Source: Thermoanaerobaculia bacterium (lineage in GTDB: Bacteria > Acidobacteriota > Thermoanaerobaculia > Multivoradales > UBA5704). From it: a stretch of 48,675 nucleotides of DNA. Each line of letters begins with the position of its first letter. Position 1 is the stretch's first letter. Positions 42,594 through 48,675 of this stretch are shown here, piece by piece. Location: the NCBI GenBank assembly GCA_035633875.1, contig DASQEB010000617.1, positions 1-48,675 on the forward strand. The letters are read 5' to 3'. Under the pieces are notes generated by a model. The model did no database searches. It was not told the DNA's origin and was given only the letters and a program-made list of their open reading frames with translations. The translations under genes and the position numbers were made by a program.

Positions 42594-45203
42594 ATGCGCC
42601 GCATCCGTCTGCTCTTGTATACGCTCTGTCTGACGATCCTGGCCTTCGCGGAAACGTCCCAGGCCGCCGAGGTCCCGACGCCGGAGAAGTTCCTGGGCCA
42701 CCGGGTCGGCGAGGACCGGAAACTGGCCCCCTGGCCCCGGGTGGTGGAGTACCTCCGCCTCGTGGACGCCGCGTCGGACCGGATCAGCATCGAGTCGGCG
42801 GGCACCTCGACCCAGGGCAACGAGATGCTGGTCGTGGTGCTGACCTCGGAGGAGAACCAGAAGAACCTGGACCGGTTCCGGGAGATCTCCCGGCGTCTCG
42901 CCAACCCCGACGGTCTCTCGGACGAGGAGGCCCGCCGGCTCGCGGCCGAAGGCAAGACCATCGCCCTCGTCACCTGCACCATCCACTCCACCGAGGTGGG
43001 GTCCACCCAGATGGCCATGGAATTCGTCCACGACGTGGCCACCACCCGGGACCCCGCGATGCTCTCCTGGCTCAATGATGTCGTCCTCCTGCTCATGCCC
43101 TCCATCAACCCGGACGGGCAGGTCATGGTGATCGACTGGTACAACAAGTATCTGGGGACAGACTACGAGGGCGGGCCCATGCCGTGGCTCTACCACGTCT
43201 ACGTGGGGCACGACGACAACCGCGATTTCTACATGCTCACCCAGAAGGAGACGCAGGCGGTCAACGGCGTCCTCTACCACCGCTGGTTCCCCCAGATCTT
43301 CGTGGACGAGCATCAGATGGGCTCCACCGGGCCGCGGATGTTTGTGCCGCCCCAGACCAACCCCCTGGCCCCGGAGGTCCACTCGCTGATCTTCCGCCAG
43401 GCCGACCTCCTGGGGACGGTGATGAGCATGCGCCTGGAGGAGGCGGGCAAGCTGGGCGTGGGCCACGACATGATCTTCGACAGCTACTGGCCCGGGGGCA
43501 CCCGCAACACCGCCTGGTGGAAGAACATCACAGGGCTCCTGACCGAGGTGGCGAGCGCCAACATCGCGTCCCCCCTGTATATCGATCCCGGCGAGCTGCG
43601 CGGAGGGACCAAGGGGCTCCCCGAATACGACCGGCGGTCCAACTTCCCCTCTCCCTGGCCGGGCGGCTGGTGGCGCCTGCGGGACATCGTGGAGTACGAG
43701 CTGGTCGCCACGCGGGCGTTCCTGGAGTCGGCTGCCATGTATCGCGAAAGCCTCTTGTGGAACGTCTACCGGATGGCCCGGGAGTCGATCGAGCGGGGCT
43801 CCTCCGAGCCCCCCTACGCGTTCATCGTGCCGGTCGATCAGCACGACCCGGTGGCGGCGGCCCTCCTGGTGGACCTCCTCCTCCGCCACGGTGTCCGGGT
43901 GGAGCGGGCTCGGGCGCCGTTCACCCTGGGGCGGGAGACCTACGCCGAGGGGACGTACGTGATTTCCGCCGCCCAGCCCTACCGGGCCTTCCTCCTCACC
44001 ATGCTCCGCCCGCAGCGCTATCCGGAGGTCATCCCGCACGTAGGCGGTCCGGTGCTCCCGCCCTATGACGTGACCTCGTGGTCCCTCCCCATCGCCATGG
44101 GCGTGGAGGTGGTGGAGGCGGCGGGGCCGATCGCGGGCACGACGGTGCTCGCCCCCATCGACGCCCCACAATGGCCCGGCGGCGAGGTAGCCCCGGGGGC
44201 TGGCGGCTATTTGATCTCCCATCGGGACGACTCGGCCTTCACCGCTCTCAACCGGCTGATGAAGGAGGGGAAAAAGGTCTACTGGCTGAAGCAGGCCCCC
44301 GAGGGCGGCCACCCGGGCGACCTCTACATCCCGCCGGGGGAGGCCACTCCGGAGGCTCTCACCCGACTCTCGCGGGACGTGCGGGTGCCGATCCGGCCCC
44401 TGGCCCAGGCCCCCCGGGGCCCGTCCTTCCGGGTCAAGCCCGTCCGCGTGGGCCTCTACAAGCCCTGGGTGGCGAGCATGGACGAGGGGTGGACCCGGTT
44501 CCTGCTGGAGCGCTACGGCTTCGCGTTCGAGAATCTGGAGAACGCGGAGATGAAGGACGGCTCCTACCGCGGCAAGGTGGACGTGATCCTGCTCCCCGCC
44601 GTGGAGGCGGACATCCTGGAGGCTGGGGAGCCCTCCTCGGCGGAGGCGCGCCGCTTCTTCGAGCCGCTGCCTCCCCCCTATGCCGGCGGGATCGGCAAGG
44701 ACGGCGGGGAGAAGCTCAAGAGGTGGATTCAGGAGGGCGGGACGCTCGTGGCCATGGACTCCTCGACGGAGTACGTCATCGACCTGCTGGGGCTGCCGGT
44801 CCGCAACGTCCTCTCCGGGGTGCGGCAGGATCAGTTCCACGCCCCCGGCTCCATGCTCCGCATCCGGCTGGACCCGGAGCACCCCCTGAGTCACGGCCTG
44901 AAACCCGAGGAGGCCGCCTACTTCGCCGACTCACCCGCCTTCCAGACGAGCCCGCCGGACGCCCGCTTCGGACGCCGGGTGGTGGCCTCCTACCCGGAGC
45001 ACGAGCGGGACATCCTGATCAGCGGCTACCTCGAAGGGGGCGAGCGCCTGGAGAGGAAGGCGGCCGTCGTCGAATATCAGGTAGGCAAGGGCCGGGTGGT
45101 CCTCATCGGCTTTCGGCCGCAGCACCGCGCCCAACCGCACCGGACGTTCAAGCTGCTGTGGAACGCGCTCTATCTGCCCGGGCTGGTGGAGGAGGAGCTC
45201 TAA
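42594..45203 (+). CDS. M14-family zinc metallocarboxypeptidase-like protein (large, secreted)
   Basis: 869 aa with a signal peptide, an HxxE zinc motif (IHSTEVG), NPDG, and the distal EHQMG region. Confidence 0.85.
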   Translation: MRRIRLLLYTLCLTILAFAETSQAAEVPTPEKFLGHRVGEDRKLAPWPRVVEYLRLVDAASDRISIESAGTSTQGNEMLVVVLTSEENQKNLDRFREISRRLANPDGLSDEEARRLAAEGKTIALVTCTIHSTEVGSTQMAMEFVHDVATTRDPAMLSWLNDVVLLLMPSINPDGQVMVIDWYNKYLGTDYEGGPMPWLYHVYVGHDDNRDFYMLTQKETQAVNGVLYHRWFPQIFVDEHQMGSTGPRMFVPPQTNPLAPEVHSLIFRQADLLGTVMSMRLEEAGKLGVGHDMIFDSYWPGGTRNTAWWKNITGLLTEVASANIASPLYIDPGELRGGTKGLPEYDRRSNFPSPWPGGWWRLRDIVEYELVATRAFLESAAMYRESLLWNVYRMARESIERGSSEPPYAFIVPVDQHDPVAAALLVDLLLRHGVRVERARAPFTLGRETYAEGTYVISAAQPYRAFLLTMLRPQRYPEVIPHVGGPVLPPYDVTSWSLPIAMGVEVVEAAGPIAGTTVLAPIDAPQWPGGEVAPGAGGYLISHRDDSAFTALNRLMKEGKKVYWLKQAPEGGHPGDLYIPPGEATPEALTRLSRDVRVPIRPLAQAPRGPSFRVKPVRVGLYKPWVASMDEGWTRFLLERYGFAFENLENAEMKDGSYRGKVDVILLPAVEADILEAGEPSSAEARRFFEPLPPPYAGGIGKDGGEKLKRWIQEGGTLVAMDSSTEYVIDLLGLPVRNVLSGVRQDQFHAPGSMLRIRLDPEHPLSHGLKPEEAAYFADSPAFQTSPPDARFGRRVVASYPEHERDILISGYLEGGERLERKAAVVEYQVGKGRVVLIGFRPQHRAQPHRTFKLLWNALYLPGLVEEEL

Positions 45204-45305
45204 AAAGAACCAAAGGACCTAAAGGACCAAAGGACGAAAAGGACCTGAAGGCCGTGCTGATCATCCTTTTGGTCCTTTAGGTCCCTTAGGTCCTTTTTTC
45301 TGGTT
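45204..45305. terminator. long A/T-rich palindrome built from AAAGGACC-type repeats; probable bidirectional terminator
   Basis: The left arm AAAAGAACCAAAGGACCTAAAGGACCAAAGGACGAAAAGGACC is largely complementary to the right arm ATCCTTTTGGTCCTTTAGGTCCCTTAGGTCCTTTTTTCTGGTT. It sits between the convergent M14 and kinase genes. T runs follow the stem on the plus strand. Confidence 0.6.
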
Positions 45306-45313
45306 TTCTGGGC

Positions 45314-46564
45314 CTAGTCCCCGCTCTCCAGCACCTCCCGGATCTTCGCGGCGAGCTCGCGGGGGGTGAACGGCTTCTTGAGCAGAGGGGTGTTCTCGGT
45401 GAGGTGGGGGCGCTCGGAAACGCCCGCGGGGTAGCCGGTGGCGTAGAGGACCTTCATCTCCGGGCGCTTGAAGGCGAGCCGCTCGGCCAGCTCGACGCCG
45501 TCCATCCCCTGCATCAGGAGGTCGGTCACCATGAGGTGGATGGGGCCGGGGTGGCTCTGGCTGATCCGGATGGCCTCGTTGCCGTCCGCGGCCTCCAGCA
45601 CGGTGTAGCCGTGGCTGGCGAGGCTCTCGACGAGGGGCTTGCGGATGTTCTCCTCGTCCTCCACCACCAGGAGGGTCTGCCAGTTTCCTTCCTCCCGGGA
45701 GAGATCCAGTCCCGCGCTGGCCTCCTCGGCGCTGGGCAGGAAGATAAGGAAGCGGGAGCCCTTGCCCGGCTCGCTGTCCGCCAGGATGTAGCCGCCGCTC
45801 TGGGTGACGATCCCGTAGGCGATGGAGAGACCCAGCCCGGTGATCTCGCCGTCCTTGGTGGTGAAGAAGGGCTCGAAGGCGTGCCGGCGGACGTCCTCCT
45901 GCATCCCGGGTCCGGTGTCGCTCACCTTGAGGAGGATGTAGCGGCCCGGGTGCGACCGGAGGGGATGGGTCAGATTGCCCGGCTGGACGTCCAGGTTCTG
46001 GGTCTCCAGCGTCAGCGTCCCGCCCTCGGGCATGGCGTCACGGGCGTTGGAAGCCATGTTCAGGAGCACCTGCTCGAACTGCTCGGCGTCGAGGCTGACC
46101 CGGTCCAGATCCGGATGGAGGTCGAGCTTCAGCTCGATGTCGTCCCCCAGGAACCGACGGAGTTTGTCTTCCAGGCCCGTCAAAACGTGGTTGAGCTGCA
46201 GGACCTTCGGATGGAGCACCTGGCGTCCGCTGAAGGCGAGGAGCTGCCGTGCCAGGGCAGCGCCCCGCTCGCGCGCCTTTTCGATCTCCCGCAGGTGCTT
46301 GCGAGCGGGCTCCTCCGCAGGCAGGCGGCTCAGGGCCAGCTCGGTCTCGAAAGCGATGGCGGTGAGGAGGTTGTTGAAGACGTGGGCGATCCCCCCCGCC
46401 AGCCTCCCCATGGCATCCATGCTCTGCGCCTGCGCCGGAAGCTCTTCGCCAACCCGGAGCAGACGGCGGGTCTCCGCTCCCTTGGAGGAGTTGGCGTCCT
46501 CCCGGGGGAGACCCTCGACAGCCCTGACCAGACCACTGTTGGGAGCGTGTGTTCGCATGGCCAC
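45314..46564 (-). CDS. hybrid histidine kinase / response regulator without recognisable sensor domain
   Basis: 416 aa. H-box GGIAHVFNNLLTAI, N box LLNMASNARDAM, G1 DTGPGM, G2 GLGLSI, then a REC domain (LLVVEDEE, DLLMQGMDG, KKPF). Only about 50 aa precede the H-box. Confidence 0.88.
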   Translation of the reverse strand: MAMRTHAPNSGLVRAVEGLPREDANSSKGAETRRLLRVGEELPAQAQSMDAMGRLAGGIAHVFNNLLTAIAFETELALSRLPAEEPARKHLREIEKARERGAALARQLLAFSGRQVLHPKVLQLNHVLTGLEDKLRRFLGDDIELKLDLHPDLDRVSLDAEQFEQVLLNMASNARDAMPEGGTLTLETQNLDVQPGNLTHPLRSHPGRYILLKVSDTGPGMQEDVRRHAFEPFFTTKDGEITGLGLSIAYGIVTQSGGYILADSEPGKGSRFLIFLPSAEEASAGLDLSREEGNWQTLLVVEDEENIRKPLVESLASHGYTVLEAADGNEAIRISQSHPGPIHLMVTDLLMQGMDGVELAERLAFKRPEMKVLYATGYPAGVSERPHLTENTPLLKKPFTPRELAAKIREVLESGD

Positions 46565-46692
46565 TCTTCTTTCGGCTCCCCGGGGCGGCGGGAAATCCGC
46601 TGCGCAGTCGGCGGAGCAATGCCGGGAGATACACCCGGACTTCTGTCCCGCAGGTTATATGCAGGTTCCGGTCCAGGGCGGCCGACGGCCGG

Positions 46693-47304
46693 TCAGGGAC
46701 GGGAGGGGGGTGACGGGTCCTCGGCCAGGTGCTTCTGGAGACGCTGCAGGCACCGCCGGAGGAGCTTCCGCATGGTCGCCGGGTAGTAGCCCAGCGCCCG
46801 GGCCACCTCGGAGGTCGAGAGGCCCACGCCATACCGGAGCCAGAGCGCCATCCGATGGTCTCTCCTGAGCAGGCGGGCGATGCTTTCAAATTCCTGCACA
46901 AGCTCCACCCTTTCCTGGGAAGGGGGCTGGGGTCGGCAAAGGCTCTCCAGGTCCGCGGCATCCATGGACTCCTCGCGGAGGTCCCGCTGCCGTTTCCAGT
47001 AGAGCACGCAACGGTAGCGGACGGTGCCGAGGAGCCAGTACTGCTGGTTGTAGACCGTGTCCCACTTCTGGAAGGCCACGGTGAACGCCTCCTGGAGGAT
47101 GTCTTCCGCATCCTGGGGAGGGATCCGATAGTGGGAGAGGATCTTTTTGAGACGGGGACGGAGGCGTTGGAAGAGATCTTCCAGGGACTCAGGGTCAACG
47201 TCCGGAGAGGGGTTTGGGGGAGTCTGGTTCACGGGCGTTCGGAAGGACGCGGCGCAGGATCGCGCCGGGCCGCACGCCCGCAACTTTATCACCTGAAATG
47301 ACAA
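46693..47304 (-). CDS. ECF-type sigma-70 factor
   Basis: It has a region 2-like segment (EDILQEAFTVAFQKW ... WLLGTVRYRCVLYWKRQ) and a region 4 HTH (LSTSEVARALGYYPATMRKLLRRCLQRL). The start is uncertain, with an alternative GTG at 47232. Confidence 0.8.
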   Translation of the reverse strand: MSFQVIKLRACGPARSCAASFRTPVNQTPPNPSPDVDPESLEDLFQRLRPRLKKILSHYRIPPQDAEDILQEAFTVAFQKWDTVYNQQYWLLGTVRYRCVLYWKRQRDLREESMDAADLESLCRPQPPSQERVELVQEFESIARLLRRDHRMALWLRYGVGLSTSEVARALGYYPATMRKLLRRCLQRLQKHLAEDPSPPSRP

Positions 47305-47318
47305 CAGAGTCCGTCAGG

Positions 47319-47681
47319 TCAGAACATTCCAAGCTGAAGGCGTGCCGCCTCCGACATCATGGAGGGGTTCCAGGCCGGGTCCCAGACCAGATCCACCTGG
47401 GCGGAGGTCACCCCTGCAACTTTTTCCACCTTGCTCTGGACCTCGCCCGGGAGGGAGCCCGCCACGGGGCAGCCGGGGGAGGTCAGGGTCATCTTGACGA
47501 GGACGGCCCCGTTCTCCTCGATGTCGACGTCGTAGATCAGGCCCAGCTCATAGATGTTCACCGGGATCTCCGGATCGAAGACGGTCTTCAGGGCCTCGAC
47601 GATCCCGTTCTCGATGTCCGACACATCGGCCGGCTGGGTGGCGACCGGCGTCTGCTGGGTCTCCTCGTTCGGCTCGGACAT
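47319..47681 (-). CDS. sufT: Fe-S cluster assembly protein SufT (DUF59/MIP18 family)
   Basis: 120 aa with DPEIPVNIYELGLIY and TLTSPGCP motifs, in a suf context. Confidence 0.85.
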   Translation of the reverse strand: MSEPNEETQQTPVATQPADVSDIENGIVEALKTVFDPEIPVNIYELGLIYDVDIEENGAVLVKMTLTSPGCPVAGSLPGEVQSKVEKVAGVTSAQVDLVWDPAWNPSMMSEAARLQLGMF

Positions 47682-47691
47682 GGTTGCCTCC

Positions 47692-48141
47692 TTACTCGGT
47701 CGAGACCGGTCGGTCTCTCTGGTCCAGGGCGGCTTGCAAGGTGTGCCAGGCGAGAGTGGCGCACTTGACCCGCATGGGATATTCGCGGACTCCGGTGAAG
47801 ACGGCCAGCTTGCCCAGCTCCGGTGCGCCCGCCCCCTCCCCCGTGGTCACCAGCCTGTGGAACTCCTGGAACAGCTCCCGGGCCTCCTCGACGCTCCGGC
47901 CCTTGAGCGCCTCCGTCATGAGGGAGGCCGAGGCCGTGGAGATGGCGCAGCCCGCGCCCTCGAAGGAGATGCCTTGGATCCGTCCCGCCCCATCCACGTC
48001 CAGGAACACGGTCACACGATCGCCGCAGAGGGGGTTGTGCCCCTCCGCCGAGCGGTTGGCTCCGGGCAGGACCCCGAAGTTGCGGGGGCGCTTGTTGTGG
48101 TCGAGGATGACCTCCTGGTAGAGGTCGCGCAGGTCGTCCAT
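47692..48141 (-). CDS. sufU: SufU-type Fe-S cluster assembly sulfur-transfer/scaffold protein
   Basis: 149 aa with NPLCGD, GAGCAIS and RVKCATLAW motifs. Confidence 0.9.
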   Translation of the reverse strand: MDDLRDLYQEVILDHNKRPRNFGVLPGANRSAEGHNPLCGDRVTVFLDVDGAGRIQGISFEGAGCAISTASASLMTEALKGRSVEEARELFQEFHRLVTTGEGAGAPELGKLAVFTGVREYPMRVKCATLAWHTLQAALDQRDRPVSTE

Positions 48142-48675
48142 CAGGCGAAGAGCTCCAGGGCCCGCTCGATGCCGGTGGCCAGGGCCTCGACCTCGGCGGG
48201 CGTGTTGTAGAGGGCGAAGGAGGCCCGGCTGGTGGCGGGCACGCGGAAGAACTCCATCACCGGCTGCGCGCAGTGATGCCCGGCCCGGACGGCGATCCCC
48301 TCCCGGTCCAGGATGGTCCCCACGTCATGGGGATGGATCCCCTGCAGGGTAAAGGAGAGGACGGACGCCTTGTGCCGCGCCGTGCCCACGAGCCGCACTC
48401 CCGGGACGCCCGAGAGGCGCTCCGTGGCCAGCGCGAGGAGCTCGCTCTCCCAGGCGGCGATCGCCGGCAGCCCCAGGGCCGTCACGTACTCCAGGGCCGC
48501 CGTGAGGCCGATGGCCGCCTCGATGGCCGGGGTGCCCGCCTCGAAGCGGTGGGGCGGCGGCGCGTAGGTCGTCCCCTCGAAGCAGACGGTGCGGATCATC
48601 CCGCCGCCCCCCTGCCACGGGGGCATCCGGGCGAGAAGCTCCGCCTTGCCCCAGAGCGCGCCGATGCCGGAGGGG
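48141..48675 (-). CDS. sufS: SufS-type cysteine desulfurase, C-terminal part (5' end outside window)
   Basis: The frame stays open to the window edge (..PSGIGALWGKAELLARMPPWQGGGGMI ... RFEAGTP ... RAGHHCAQP ... ASFALYNT), all typical of group II desulfurases. It overlaps the sufU start by 1 nt. Confidence 0.9.
   Translation of the reverse strand, partial: PSGIGALWGKAELLARMPPWQGGGGMIRTVCFEGTTYAPPPHRFEAGTPAIEAAIGLTAALEYVTALGLPAIAAWESELLALATERLSGVPGVRLVGTARHKASVLSFTLQGIHPHDVGTILDREGIAVRAGHHCAQPVMEFFRVPATSRASFALYNTPAEVEALATGIERALELFA

Noticed and set aside
41709-44894. 1061-aa minus-strand ORF overlapping the M14 peptidase gene.
   Set aside because: Only the C-terminal 230 aa (from MDFRIRRLL, with a signal peptide) resemble a real protein (DUF3108). 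The remainder is antisense to the M14 gene.

Overview
High-G+C window from a Gram-negative-type (lipid A-making) bacterium. The style looks Acidobacteriota-like, but I cannot verify taxonomy. All gene calls rest on sequence motifs I recognise by eye in the supplied ORF translations; no searches or computations were run. I found no rRNA, tRNA, CRISPR array, transposase or integrase. Many long ORFs in the track are antisense or out-of-frame shadows typical of high-GC DNA.

Gene content from left to right:
- 23-5911 (-): an ECF sigma/anti-sigma pair followed by a compact type II secretion / type IV pilus-like set (short secretin-like protein, GspF/PilC, GspE/PilB, PilM-like).
- 6101-9389 (+): lipid A/Kdo genes (waaA, lpxK, LpxL-family acyltransferase).
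- 9398-13676: a Tat-signal esterase, then a cluster of three SAM methyltransferases and a PhyH-type dioxygenase.
- 13944-18082: a lone AmmeMemoRadiSam radical SAM enzyme, glutamate dehydrogenase, DUF2905 and an MscS channel.
- 18079-18924: a nucleotidyltransferase-type putative toxin-antitoxin pair.
- About 18.9-22.7 kb: a visibly more A/T-rich island, described below.
- 22724-28458: a tricorn-like protease and Tex.
- 28630-32869: VapBC, an ATP-dependent DNA ligase, a WYL regulator and a DinB-family protein.
- 33059-35570 (-): a three-gene operon of an HTH protein, an ImmA/IrrE metalloprotease and a TIR/NDT-like protein.
- 35826-48675: housekeeping genes (DUF1820, VOC, AmiC-type amidase, GerMN, murI, BNR protein, sodC, DUF3108, M14 peptidase), a sensor-less hybrid histidine kinase with an ECF sigma, and sufT-sufU-sufS (sufS runs off the window).

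The most unusual signals:
1. The island at 18.9-22.7 kb holds two repeat arrays built on a shared GGAAYGYTCC core with 21-bp phasing. One is about 19 head-to-tail 21-bp units at 21566-21960. The other is a set of GGGAATGCCYCATTCCC hairpin palindromes at 19062-19510, spaced at multiples of 21 bp. They bracket a zinc-finger/TPR gene and a small secreted Asp/Gly-repeat peptide gene, and sit next to RHH and HicB genes.
2. The HTH / ImmA / TIR-like operon is a candidate conflict (defence-like) module.
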